Source of the DNA: Eledone cirrhosa
Lineage: Eukaryota
DNA: 64,000 nucleotides
Assembly: GCA_964016885.1 (NCBI GenBank)
Contig: OZ024741.1
Span: 183,086,001 to 183,150,000, forward strand
Direction: 5' to 3'
The position numbers and the translations under genes were made by a program. Shown piece after piece: positions 38,347 to 51,587 of the stretch. Numbering within the stretch: position 1 is the first letter of the stretch; the number at the start of each line of letters is the position of its first letter. Below the pieces are notes generated by a model that ran no database searches, was not told the origin of the DNA, and was given only the letters and a program-made list of their open reading frames with translations.

Positions 38347-39669
38347 GGCACCGGTCCCATCTGGGAAATGGCCATGCTCAGTGTGTAGGAAAGGAGTAAG
38401 CAGAAACTCCATTTTATGTCCCAAATGCAAAGTATGGGTGCATAAAAGATGTAGTGGGATCACAGGCAAGCTAACTAAGAATATAGATTTTATATGTGGC
38501 CGGTGCTCAGATGCAATAAGTAGTAGCAAGTGCCCACAGAATACTAGCTCATTCCATTGCACAGATGGTTCTATAGAAATAGTGGACACCTTCCGTTACC
38601 TGGGTGACAAAATCAGCAGTGGTGGAGAGTGCTCTGAAAGTACAGTAGCTAGAGTCAGAACGGGATGGAAAAAGTTCAGAGAGCTTATACCACTATTGGC
38701 CGCTAAAGGTTTCTCTCTAAAAATGAAAGGCAGGCTGTATGATGCCTACATACGAACAGCAATGTTACATGGCAGTGAGACCTGGGCATTGTGTGCAGAG
38801 GATATACGCAGACTGGAGAGAAACGAAGCTTGCATGGTCCGCTGGATGTGTAATAGTAATATACGTGAACAGCAAAGCATAAACGAACTAAGGGAGAAAT
38901 TAGGAATAAGAGGGATCAAATGTTGTTTACTCGAGAGAAGACTAGGTTGGTACGGTCACGTGATGTGCATGAAAGACGACAGCTGTATAAAAAAGTGCAG
39001 GGCGATAAAAATAGATGGTAGCCACGGAGAAGGCAGACCCAGAAAAACCTGGGACGACTTGATAAATTCCGACCTCACACACTTACACCTCTCCAAGACA
39101 ATGTCACTGGACCGAGATCTTTGGCGCTACACAGTCATACAGAAGACCCGCCTTGCCTAAGTACAAGTCAGTAGGCACCTCTAACAAAATACACCCCCAT
39201 CCCACTACCCCTACCCCATCCACACCATCCCCTTAAATGTGAAGTTATGTTGGTACCACAACATCCAGTCCGAAACAAATGAGGTCGTGTAGGTGTCACG
39301 ACAAAAAAAACACACAGTCCACGCTGTAATGTGGCCGTGTAGGTAACACGGTAAAAACCTCCCAGTCCACACTGTAAATGTGGTTGGTGTTGGGAAGGGC
39401 ACCCAGCCGTAGAAAACCCGCCTGACGTGTAGGTGTCACGACAAAAAAACACACAGTCCACGCTGTAATATGGCCGTGTAGGTAACACGGTAAAAACCTC
39501 CCAGTCCACACTGTAAACGTGGTTGGTGTTAGGAAGGGCATCCAGCCATAGAAAACCCGCCAGACAGTCCTATACGAGCAGGACAACCAATCTTGCCTCA
39601 AGTGGGAAAACTCCCATCCAAACCCATGCAAGCGTGGAAGATGGATGTTAAACGATGATGATGATGATT
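38347..39669 (+). mobile_element. 5'-truncated RTE LINE (PHD family), intact C-terminal ORF, duplicated 3' UTR block
   Basis: ORF 38318-39160; 3' UTR block ~39285-39425 repeated at ~39426-39562. Confidence 0.95.
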
Positions 39670-40097
39670 GTCTACAAAGTGAATGATGATGATGATTGTC
39701 TACAAACAGCAGGTACCTGGGTATTCCCTGGCTAGCTCTACAATATATACCTCCTTCTCAAAGTTATGCACCCCATTTCCTTAAATAAAATATTTTCAAC
39801 TTACAGTTCAGTAAACTGATGAACCTAGTTTTTGACACTTTTCTGCTCTGACCACACTAAACTTGCATTTTCCACTCCCCAGTCCACACCAAATCATGTG
39901 ACAAGCCATAAAACCAAATGACTTCTTTGTCTTTTTGGATATTTCAAAATAAAAATATTTGAGGTGTTATTGTAGAGTCAGTTCAGTCAAAAATACCTTT
40001 ACTACTGCAAACATTGGTGATCTAAAACCAATATTAAAAGGTACTTACTGAGGATTTTATTTTAATAAATGCAGTCATTTTATCATATATATATATA

Positions 40098-40530
40098 CTA
40101 GCTGAGGTACCCAGTAATACCCGGGAGTGGGGATATTCCCAGTTCCCATGAAAATGCCCAATGCCTCTTAGACCAAAAATGAAATCAAAATATAGGACAG
40201 ATAATGAAAAGCGAAGACAAATTCATTTACGAAACAATAATACAAACAAAATTATTGATTGCATTGGTCAGGCGAAAAAATGTTTGTAAAGAAGTTGAGT
40301 GTTGCTATAAGGAAAAAAAATAGAACCCCCCATTAGGGTCTCTTAATATTGAAATTTGCTGAAATTTTGTGAATAGGCATCATATCTTGTCATTTACCTA
40401 GGGTTTAAATTTCATATAAATCGAAGCGAAAAGGTTTTCAGTGGGGGTTTTCAGCAGAGGTTCTGTGCCCCCGGGGAACACTTGATTAAAATGAAATATA
40501 CTTATCCAAGTACCCTGGGCAATGTAGTTT
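40098..40530 (-). mobile_element. Non-autonomous Helitron-like fragment (3' end)
   Basis: Minus strand CCCGG-GTATTA-CTGGG hairpin shortly before CTAG|T at 40098. Confidence 0.55.
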
Positions 40531-40548
40531 CAGAATATATATGGTTAT

Positions 40549-40898
40549 GGAGGCATATGGCTTAGTGGTTAGAGCATTGGCCTTGCAATCGAAAGGTTGT
40601 GAGTTCAATTCTCAGACCGGGTGATGTGTTGTTTCCTTGAACAAGACACTTTATTTCACATTGCTCCAGTTTACTCAGCTGTAGAAATGAGATGATAGGG
40701 ACAGGAGTCCCTATCATTCCACTGCAAAGTGGTCGTGGAGGTGCCACGGCAAAAAAGCACCCAGCAATCACTGTAAATGAGGTTGGTGTTAGGAAGGGCA
40801 TCCAGCTGTAGAAATCAAGCCAGTATCAGTTCCCGTCCCACCCTTGCAAGCAGGGAAAAGCGGACGTAAAATGATGATGATGATGATGAATGATGATG
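40549..40898 (+). mobile_element. CORE/RTE-tail SINE, full length
   Basis: Near-identical to 4907-5249. Confidence 0.88.
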
Positions 40899-41381
40899 GG
40901 GGTCTATCTCCAAAACGATAGGAGGAGTTTGAGAAATCTTGTTCCATTCTGTTATTATTTCTGGCAATATTATTACAACAATATGACCCTCCCCAAGTAT
41001 ATAGATATATGTATATATATATCATCACAGTTTTGTCCATTTTTCCATGCTTGCATAGTTTAGATGAGTTGTCCTGTTGTGAGACAAGTCGGATCAGATG
41101 ACCATGTCTTGCTCAAAGAGAACTGTTTCTGGCTTGGTCTCTATGGCCTTTTCTAATGCCAACCATATTTATAGCATTGACTGAATGCTTTTTGTTGTGT
41201 CACCAACACGACCACTTTACAGGGTGGGCTGGGTGCTTTTTGTCATGTCACTAACATGACCACTTTACAGGTTAGACTGGGTGCTTTTTGTCATGTCACC
41301 AACACGATTTCACACACACACACACATATATATATATAAATATTTGTATAAATAGATAGCAGCTTCTTCTTTCAAACATGT

Positions 41382-41621
41382 TATATAGAAAACAGAACTG
41401 TGCTTCAGTTTGGTATTTTCTTATTAGTTCATTATGCTTAGTTTGAAACTGTAGAGTTCCTAAATCTATTTGTGTATTAAGATTTCAAAGCCCTTACAGT
41501 TCCATCTTCAGAATCAGAATGGTCATATTAGTAGTATATTAGACACATGCTTAGCAATGGTTATAAAAGATCATAGGAGCGGCACAAGATTGAGGACATT
41601 GTCACAACACATACAGTATAT

Positions 41622-41654
<33 letters not shown>

Positions 41655-42044
41655 GACTACATTAGTTGACAGTACTTCAATTTTATATTGAATTCCATAC
41701 AAAACAAGGAGTCTCTACTAATATCAGAATTTAAACCAAAAATTAACACACTAATACAGCATACACAAAACCAATTATAATAACTGCCATGCTTCAACTG
41801 TTGAGAAATTTTAAATCTGGTGTCCAAAATCTCCAGCCTCTCCCATTGCTAAGCATGTAACTAATACACAACTAATATGACCATTCTGATTCTGAAGTTG
41901 AAGTTGTGAAAGCTTTGGAATGTTAACACAAACATAGACTTAGGAACACTATTGTTCCAAACTCAGCATAAAGAACTAACAAAGAAATATGAAAAATCCT
42001 TAATAAAAATGATCAAACTGTAGCACAGTCATGTTATCTATATA
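41382..42044. mobile_element. Fold-back element or MITE with ~180-200-bp diverged inverted arms
   Basis: 41382-41560 is complementary to 41843-42044 (e.g. CTTCAGAATCAGAATGGTCATATTAGT / ACTAATATGACCATTCTGATTCTGAAG). Confidence 0.75.
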
Positions 42045-42071
42045 CAATATGTGTGTGAACATCTAGTTGAC

Positions 42072-42339
42072 TTAACCCTTTAGCATTTACATTTCTCAAT
42101 ATTTCCTATTGTGTTTTCACGGTAAACACTTTATCTCACATAATTATCTCATCAGTATTTACATTACTCTATATATACTATTGTATCTCGCATAATATCG
42201 AATCTATGAGATTTTGATGTTATTTATTTTGAGAACAATACCTTAATGTAAGTATCAGCAGCCGGTTATGGCCGGTTTGAACAGAAAGAGGTAAGAGAAT
42301 TCTGGCCAGATATGGCCAGTTTAAATGCTAAAGGGTTAT
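42072..42339 (+). mobile_element. TTAA MITE with internal duplication
   Basis: TIRs CCCTTTAGCATTTA / TAAATGCTAAAGGG. Confidence 0.85.
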
Positions 42340-42416
42340 GACACATTAGAAAAATTTTAAATTGGAAATTTTAAAACTCTAATGAAAATAACTATAAAAA
42401 CAGACTATCCCTACAA

Positions 42417-42606
42417 ATAATTGTTTCTACTTTAGGCACAAGGCCAGCAATTACCCAGTGCATTACTGGTACTTTATTTTATCGACCCCGTAAGGATGAA
42501 AGGCAAAGTAAACCTCGGCGGGATTTGAACTCAGACCGTAAAGGGACGTAACTATGCTGGAAAGCATGGCGTCCGACTCTCTACTGATACTGCCAATCCA
42601 CCGCCC
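42417..42606 (-). mobile_element. Full-length Meta-domain tRNA SINE with ~17-bp target-site duplication
   Basis: Head GGCGGTGGATTGGCAG, B box GAGTTCAAATCCC; ACTATCCCTACAAATAA on both sides (42404-42420 and 42610-42626). Confidence 0.88.
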
Positions 42607-44452
42607 TTCACTATCCCTACAAATAATAATTGAGAAAACCAAGTAAAATACTCTAGAAGATAGAAAAAAGTGAACAGAGGCACTTGCATCTCTTAGATGC
42701 AGTGTGAATGTTTTAACTATAGATGTCAATTGATGCTAGGGACTCCTTAGTGTAATGTCTAATGCACTTGCTCAATTTCCCCAATGCTTTTTAAGTGAAT
42801 TTCCTAATTAATTGAAAATCATAGATAGCATTTTTCATAAGAAATATGGTAATGAATGGGTTAACCTTGCTGCAGTTCAACAGTGAATACATGTTTTATA
42901 TTTTGAGTCAAAGCAAAACATGCTTTTATACAAAGAATACAAACATAAGAGAAGAACAAAAGAATACAAAAACCAAGTTGGATTCAAGACCAATGTCTCC
43001 TCCTTGTTAACATGTCATGTATTCAGGAACTCACATCTTGTATACAAGCATATTTCTAACTGGCAAACATTGAAATTATGGGATTGTTTTCAAACCAAAG
43101 TACAAATGCAAATTGTTTTTGTTGTTTTATTTTCCTGCCTGCTTGTGTTTTTAATTTTACTTCAACTCAATCAGATCAGATACTGAAATTTGGTGCTCAA
43201 GTTCATTCACAATGTCTGATGGAAGTTTCTAAGCAGAACCAGTTCTGTTGTCTTTTGTGTTATTAGCAGTTTCAATGTTGTGTTTGAAGCTGGTTGAATC
43301 AGTTTGTGGCTTGCAGAATTATGAGAATAGAACACAGAAAGGTTTGTGAAAATAAATCAATATTTATCTGCAAGTGTGAAGAAGTAGTCACATCATATGA
43401 AGACTGAGAATTGGAGTGAGGTGTGGTGATACATGTATGTATTATAATGGGAATATAGGAGTGTTTACGTGTGTCTGGGCATAAATATATGTGTATGCAA
43501 TATGCAAATGTGTGTGTGTATGTGTGTGTGTGTCCGCGCACACGTGTTTGGAAGGGTAATCTTAAATATCTCGATACTGATGTCTATCTTTAAAAAAAGG
43601 TTTCCAATTTCATGACAGCAGTGTTTGTTAATTTAGTCAACCCCAGTACTTTACAGGTACTTATTTTATTGAACATGAATGATCAAAAGCAAAGCTGACC
43701 TTAATAGGATTTGAACTTAGAACACCATCACCATCATTTAACATCTGTTTTCCCTGCTAGCAAGAGTTGGATCATAAAGGTATTTAACTAGATACTGTAA
43801 ACAGTATAATTTTGGTCTAAATACTGCAGACAATATCATTTTCACTACTTCACTGCCCTAACTTGAACCTAAATATCACAATTAGCATCACACTCGACTC
43901 TCTTACAAGAGGGAAGGACACTTTGAATAATGTAGTCCTTGACAGGATGGTCACAGTTAGAATGTCTTTGATCATGTCTGCTTACTCAGGCCTGAACTGG
44001 GCTAAACAACAACTCTGAAAAATAAAGGACACATTGAATAATGTACCCTAGACATCCTTCTAATAGAGTATAAAAGAATGGATTTACCCTATGGACACAC
44101 AAAGGAAGTGAATTTGTCTCATCCATTATCAAATCCTTCCTATCTCTCTCTCTGAACTCTATGTATAGTTCAGAGAAAATACCCCCTTATTTGACATATT
44201 TCGCTCATTCTTTGAATATATTAAGAACTTACCAGAAATTCTGGCCATATGATAAATTATAAAAGGGGGCTAAAAGTTTAGACCAGTAGGAAAAATACTT
44301 TTCTCTCAATTCTATGCCAGTTAGAATCATGTCCTGCAAGCCTTTTCTCACCTGCATTAATATTTGTATAATGGATTCAATATACTATAGTGCATGTCAT
44401 TTATACAAAGAATCGTGCTTTTATAAAGTATCTATCATTTAACTCCACATTT

Positions 44453-44994
44453 TGTGGGTATGGTGTGGCGTGCGGTGGCCGGAGGCGGGGGGAGTGCTCG
44501 ACCGGAAGGGGTTTTTGGCCGGAAGGATGCTCGACCGGAAGGGCCAGCAGAGGGCCTCTCTCTAGTGGTGACCAGCACACGGTGTGGACGCGAGTTTTGG
44601 GCAGCTCCCGGTGTTAAGCAGTCGGACGCACGTGGAAGAGGAGTACCTGCAGTGGAATTTAGCGGCGCCTGTGAAAAGCGGTAAGTGAGATAGCTTTTTC
44701 TAACTACACATTTATTATCACTTATACCAAAACAAACACATACACATTACATATTTTTATTGGAATTATTGTGTTATTTTCTTTGCTTACTTAGTATGTG
44801 ATGTTAACTTTATGTAGAGTAAAAATATATCAGATTAGTATGCTTACACTATTTCTGCTTGCTTGTTATTTAACTCAGTGTTTTAAGCTTTCTGGTAATC
44901 ATCTCTTGTACACATATTGCTATAATTCCTACTTTTTTATTTTATTCATGTGCATTTATTACTACATAAATGGTGACTTGGCCCTATCACCACA
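44453..44994 (+). promoter_or_regulatory. CpG-rich island with ETS-type CCGGAAG motifs and a splice donor; possibly an LTR remnant
   Basis: CCGGAAG at 44502, 44519, 44535; G|GTAAGT at 44680/1; starts TGTGG, with ACTACA-TAAA-TGGTGAC and CCACA near the end. Confidence 0.4.
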
Positions 44995-45213
44995 GAAACA
45001 ATACAGAATTTGATAATCCTTAATATCACCAGTACATAAATTGATGACAAAATAAGATATTTTGTTATGCATCTCCTCTTCTTGTCATATAATAAACCAT
45101 GTTTTGGTTTAATGAATTGTTTCTGCATATTTATCACTTCATTCTTATCAGATGGAATGGCCATGGCTAGAATGCCTTTGATCCTATATATGTTCCCTCA
45201 GCCCTGACTTTGG

Positions 45214-45442
45214 TTAACCCTTTAGCATTTATATTACTTTATATTTACTATTGTATTTTTGTGGTAAAGGCTTTATATTACATAATTATCTCACCTAATA
45301 TCGAATCTTCACCATTTTGATATTACTTATTTTGAGAACAATACCTTAACATAAGTATGAGTGGCCAGTTACGGCCAGTTGGAACAGAAAGAAGGGAGAT
45401 AATTCTGGCCTTATATAGCCACTTTAAATGCTAAAAGGTTAA
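45214..45442 (+). mobile_element. TTAA MITE
   Basis: Both TIRs and TTAA flanks present. Confidence 0.88.
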
Positions 45443-46878
45443 ACATCAACTCTGAAAAACAAAGAATATATTGGATAACATACACCTAGATATACTTTTA
45501 ATCAGACAGGATGGTCATGGCTAGAATACCTAAGATCCTATATCTACTCAATCAGGCTTGAGCTGAGCTACAACTTTGATGAAGCTAAGTCAACAAAGTG
45601 GTTTCCCAATTTTTTCAGTTAAAGCTAATTCATGGCAGCAAATTGAGAGAATCATTAGAGCATCAGACAAAATGATTGCAGTGTTTTGTTACAGCTCTTT
45701 ATGTTCTGATTTCAAATTTGTTTTTCATCCTTCTGGGATAAATAAAATAAAGTACCAGTCAAATACTGGAGTTCATTTTTCTTCTCTCTCTCTTGAAAAG
45801 AAGAAATCAGCAGAGGGATGGGCTCCATCAGGTTTAAATTCCTAAGACACAATGTTGCCCCAATTACTCCCACAAGACTTAAGGGTCCATGCATGACCAA
45901 GGATGGATCACTTAGACGAAGAAAGGTAGAGCCCATCATCCTTCTGAGACTGATAGGAGGAAATGATTTCCCTTTAGATAGGTGACCTGGCCTGCTGGCT
46001 CCAGCGTGAACTCTGTCAAAGGCTTTCAAAGACCAGGTGGTGGTGTTACATCAAGTGAAGAATTAAGTCTACCCAAGAATATGAAGGCTTCTTTTGACGA
46101 GCTTCCACACAGTTTCCAACTACCAAATTTCGCTCACGGGGCTTTGTATATCCCAAGGCCAGGACAGAAGACACCTTGGGTGTATATTTTGTGTGTGCTA
46201 GGTAACCACTGTACATCCATCAAAGATGGTAAATTTTCTATGACATATTTGGCTGTTTTCAAATCTAACAATGCACACTCAAAAAAACAAAGATAAAGTC
46301 ATATTATGTATAGAATTATCATAAAATTTTTATCTTTTATATTTATCCCATAGTAGTAGGCTTGGAACAGTAGAAATGGTCACAGCTTGAACACCTTTAA
46401 TTTTAAGTCTGTAGGATCAGGACTGATCAGAGGCTAAACAACATGATTTGTCATAAACATACATTGGAAATATGTAACTAAAACAATTGCACAAACATGG
46501 GGTACGACTGAGAATGACTCTTCATAAAAAAAAGAAGTCAACTAGACAGTCAAATTGAGCCGTGGGCAAAAGGTATTAACAAAAGGCTAATAGAATTGTC
46601 ATCGGTTATATAAGTAGAATTTAAACAATTTCCTGTGCTGTGAGATACATTCTGACATTTCAGACAAGACTTTTCTAAAATAATTTATCCTATTTTACCA
46701 ATAACAAATTTTAACTGTTGCTTTTTAAAACAGACCTCATACCTTGTCTACGGAGACTATAGCAATTTAAATGTTGACGCCAAAAGTCAGACTCAAATGT
46801 ATACAAATAGCATTTTTCTATGTAAACATTTACATTTTCTTTCCAATTGGAGTCTAAATAAAATTGAATTTAGTTAAT

Positions 46879-46970
46879 CTCTCTCTATATAAAATTCTTT
46901 GTCTCTCTGTCTGTCTGTCTTTTTCCTTATGCATTCTCAAACGGCTGGACCAAATCAAATCAAATTCACT
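46879..46970 (+). mobile_element. Helitron-like 5' end fragment
   Basis: TCTCTATATAAAA..(TGTC)n..ATGCATTCTCAAACGGCTGGACC, typical of non-autonomous Helitron 5' ends. Confidence 0.5.
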
Positions 46971-48109
46971 TTATCTAAAATTATCTACAATATAGACAAC
47001 TAAATAATTATTTTATAACACGACGATGACGACGACGTCACATTTTGCATGTGTGTGTGTTTGCGCATTCATTACGTATCGTACGCCTTAGTAAGATACA
47101 TACATACACACATCTTCACGTAAATATTTCATCAGATGCACAGAGCATTTGTCCGACGCTCAAACGATTCTACCAATCCACTGCTCTTTTACAAGTAAAT
47201 ATTCAGTTTACAGGGTAATAATTTCATCTTTTATTCACAGTTAAGTCCTAAAATAAAAACAAACAAAATTTAGCTTTGTAGTGTATTGTGTATGCATATA
47301 TTGCAGACCTGTCAACTCTCCTCATCCGACGGGGAGATCTCCCACCCACTTTGGGGTGGGCGAGAGATGTCTTCTCTTGTGAAAATAGGTATAGCTTTCA
47401 TTATGTAAAATCTCCCCATTTGGGGGCACTTTTCTTCATGGTACTCACTCTTTGGGTTTTTAGAGGTTGGCAGGTCTGGTATTGACCAAATGTAACAGCA
47501 CGAATCAGTCGATGAAAGGTTATCAACCCTTGCCTTCATTTCATCAAAATCATGGAACCCAATAAGCATTTAATAACATTTGTTTTGTCATAGCACTACT
47601 GCCGTTATCAAAATTAGTAGACTATTCAGAACTGTATATTCTGTACACTGTTGAATTTATTCATTTACTTATGTTGTTTATTTTCATTAATCTATTAACG
47701 TTTAAAATAACAAATTATATTTCTCCCCTTTCTTTTTTCAATTTGGACTAACTTCAATAGGGAATGGATCACTTTTAACAGGGAGATGGTGAAGCTCTAC
47801 TACAATGGAACGAGATAGGTTTGTCAGTTCCAGACCAAGATAAATTGACTAGGATAGTTTGAGACAATTTACAATTGAAATATATTTTCAACTCACTTTT
47901 TTATCGAACTAATCAATATTTAAGATGTCGCCTACTTTCTGTGAGTGCCAGATTTTCTGATCTGGGTTGGGGGTGGGTGTCTGGAAGATTGAAATGTCAA
48001 TGTGGCAAGCCCCTTGATTCCACGGGTTTTCTTGGCTTGTCATATCAACTAAATCCAGGTTGATTTACTAGTTACACTGAGTTAAAACAAACCATAAAAC
48101 AGGTTCTCG

Positions 48110-48430
48110 CCACAATCAATATCCCGTCAATTCTGGAACCAACCGGATTGATGATGGACTAGAGGTAATGCTTCATATAGAATGCCCTACTAACAACTCT
48201 TTCACTCAAACCATGCATGGCGTGAAAAGGTGATCACTGCATCTATCGCCGAATGGAATAAACTACTGAAATACAGTAAATTACATTTTTCAGCCTGTGG
48301 TGTTTCAGACATCGATGGGAACTGGGTTGCTAACAATGAAGTTTTGATCACTTTATCACCTGAAGTATCAGGTGATACTCATGAGCGTACTTGACTATTC
48401 CAGTGCCTTAGCAGTGATAATGTCAGGTGT
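48110..48430 (+). mobile_element. Decayed CRE-like non-LTR restriction-like endonuclease fragment
   Basis: Translations INIPSILEPTGL, AEWNK, FQPVVFQT..G, SGDTHER..LFQCLS with frameshifts. Confidence 0.5.
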
Positions 48431-49477
48431 GTGTGTGTCTTGGCTTGCCTCAAACATTTTTAGAAGGCAATACATCAGCAAGCCTTGCTGTAGAGTTCAT
48501 TGAGTGTGCATATCTTCCTCAATTTGTTTTGTTTTTTCTTGGAAGAGGCTATGTAGCCAGTAAGAGTGTCAGACACCATGTGTTGCAGCATACACACATA
48601 TCTACACGTAAATACATAAACAGTCAACAGAAGTGCGAACCCACACATAGACACATCTTCTCATACATATTCATAAATATACACATTATACAAAATAATT
48701 ATTACATACACACATATGTATGTAATGATTGAGGAAAGAAGGGGCTGGTGAAACGCTCTAGTGATGTGTGTTGCGTCCCGTTAGGGTTTACCGGTTACAT
48801 AGCCTATTTGTTTTTTTCCTTCTTTCTTTTTTAATTGATTTATTTATTTTGTCAATCACAAACATTATATAATTTGATACTCACGATTTGCTTGTTGAAT
48901 ATAAATATATTTTACACTTCTAAGAATACTCTAAATGAAAAGCTGGTGCTTGTCAAGGAAAATTGCCTAATATTTTTGGAAAATATTTATTCACACCATA
49001 TTATTTTTGTGATTTTAAGTCAGTGTAGAGTAATCCCAAAGTTTTGAAAGTAAAACAGACCTACGCAGCTATTTTAGGTATGTAGGTAGTAGGGGACTAG
49101 GTCTAAAAATATTGGTTACCAGGAGATTAAGGGGCCCACCCCCATATACATAGAATGCTACCATTTAATTTTTATAATGAATAAATAACATTTTCAAAAA
49201 ATACATAAGTGAAAACAAAACAGTGCAATCAATTTTTTGTGGAAAAAAGTGTGTATTTTTTTTACTAATTATAATGTATGTAAATATACAGTACATATTA
49301 CTGGCAGTATACAGTAATAGTAAATGTTAATACAAAATATTATAATTGAATTTTTAAATAATTGTGAATGTATAGTATATTGTTATTTAGAGTAGAGTAT
49401 ACAAGTGACCGTTCTTACCTTCTCCAATAAAAAAAATATAAAGTACCTTACGAAATATACACATCCAGAGACTTTCA

Positions 49478-49660
49478 ATAATTGTTTCTACTTTAGGCAC
49501 AAGGCCAGCAATCACCCAGTGCATTACTGGTACTTTATTTTATCGACCCCGTAAGGATGAAAGGCAAAGTCAACCTCGGCCAGATTTGAACTCAGATCAT
49601 AAAGGGACGTAACTATGCTTGAAAGCATGGCGTCCGACCCTCTACCGATACTGCCAATCC
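49478..49660 (-). mobile_element. Meta-domain SINE with 12-bp TSD
   Basis: Matches 42417-42606; ACTTTCAATAAT on both sides. Confidence 0.85.
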
Positions 49661-49759
49661 ACTTTCAATAATGACCTTTGGTCTTTCATACTCACTCAAT
49701 ATATATATATCTGGGAGTGTGTGCATGTACATGTGTATATATAGATTTATATATATATA

Positions 49760-50663
49760 TGTATACATACATGTTTTCAACTTGTCCAAAAATTCTTTCG
49801 AGGGACTTTAGACTGAAGAACTGACCACTAATTGATTTTACATGTGTCTTTAACCCATTGATATCAAAGATTATTTCGACAGCAGCTTGTGTAAGTACAT
49901 ATATTTATATTTTTGTTGTTGTCATCAATGCCTGAGATGACATCACATTTGTATATGATGTCATTCGTCAGGCATTTATTTTTGAGTGGACACACTTCCT
50001 TATTATGGCAGTTGCACAAGGCTCCTGTCTAGGGGTGGGTTTCGGAGGTAGTAGGCTTATTTAATTTAACAGTGTTGAGGTTGGCTATATTCCTAGCTAA
50101 GTTAGGTATAGTGGAATAGGAGTGTCTTATCGTATTCTTATTAAATATAGTGTAGTACCTATGTCGTGTGTGGGAAGTGTTTATTCAGCAATTTGAAGAA
50201 AGTCAGAGCTATTGGTGTAGATACCTATGCCTATTTCACCTAAGTGGTCTTGGGGCATATTCTAGATAAGTAATCTTTTCTTTAAAACCACTGCGGGCAA
50301 GGGCTTCGTTGTAATAAGGGGCAGAGGCACTAAAAATGTCTTCATTGACCGAGAGTCCGTAAATTCTAAGTGAAACACTTTTAACTAAATTATCAGTAAT
50401 ATTTTTTTTTTGGGGGGGGGGGGGGTCGAACTAACATCTTTGTATCTAAGGGATTTGTTAGGTTTGTGGTATGGGTAATAGAGGGAAGTATCTAAATCTA
50501 AAGTGACATCTAAAAAGTTGGCCCTAGTCATATTTGATTCTATGGTTATTCTAAATCCTAGATTACGGAAGAATGAACTTAAGTTTTTCCGTAACCCATC
50601 AGTGGTTCTAGGGTTTACTTTGTGCAAAACACAAAGGCCATCGTCTCGGTATAATCCTCCGGT
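49760..50663 (-). mobile_element. Penelope-like retroelement relic (RT C-terminal half, linker and start of GIY-YIG endonuclease), (TA)n-flanked
   Basis: GGLYRDDGL..NFLDVTLDL..PYHKPN; APYYNEALARSGF; KHFP..IFNKNTIRHSYSTIPN; CNCHNKEVCPLKNKCLTNDIIYKC. Confidence 0.85.
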
Positions 50664-51148
50664 ATATATATTTTTTTAATTTCATTCTCTCGCTAAGACT
50701 TTTTTTAAAGATATTTTTTTAAAGCAAAGCATTGGCCCCTAAAATACTACAGTGGGCTCCTGCAATGCTACCGTGGGCCCCCTGGCGCCCACTTGCCATT
50801 GGGCAACCTGATCAGTCCGCCAGTGTATGTAGGTGTCAGCATATTTAATGAATAGAACATTAAAAAGGAGAGGTTTTCATTGCTGCATGCATTAAATATA
50901 TATCATGCCATTTATTAAAAGGATGGCATCTGGGAATAATTTAATTTCTAAGACATAACTATTGCAGGTTGAGTAATTTGTCAACTATAGTATTGTATCA
51001 TAGGCCCTCAGCACTTGCTGGAAATCGTTTGGGTACTGTTGTGACATGCTGTGCACCAGCCTTCTCCATCTGTTGCAGCTGCATGCCAGATCTTGTATCT
51101 CCACTAATAACATGCCTGTTTACTATTTAATATTGTCTCCGTCTTTTT

Positions 51149-51587
51149 CGGTAAATTTATAGAACACTCCTCCCGATTTCTATGAGAAATGAATTTTTCT
51201 GTTTTTTTCATGTGCTATCAACTGATCTGACGTCCTGAGTTTTCTCGTGTTATAACGAATATGACCTTCAAGCCAGTTAGAAACGACTAGCTTTGTAGAA
51301 AAAGTAGGGGGAAGAGAACGGAAAGACCATCGGAGTTTCACAGTTCTACACCCCTCTTGTGTTTGGTGGGAAATAGTTATTTTTCCTCGTTTTTTTTTAT
51401 TAATTTTTTTTTTTTTTCGTGTGCTATCAACCTTCCGCAAAGGCCTTTTTTCCCTGGAAAAAAAAAGTTGATTAGGTGCATGTAGGGGGTCAGATTAATT
51501 GATAGCACATGACCCCCACCCCAAAAAAACGCAGAAAAAATTATTTCCCAGTGAAATCAAGAGCGGTGTTTTTCTATAATAATACCG
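51149..51587. mobile_element. MITE with ~85-bp diverged TIRs and 6-bp CTTTTT flanks
   Basis: CGGTAAATTTATAGAACAC..CATGTGCTATCAACTGATCTGAC versus GTCAGATTAATTGATAGCACATG..GTGTTTTTCTATAATAATACCG. Confidence 0.75.

Noticed and set aside
45712-46029. Minus ORF starting MKAFDRV, like the RT motif KAFDRV
   Set aside because: No other RT motif follows; treated as chance
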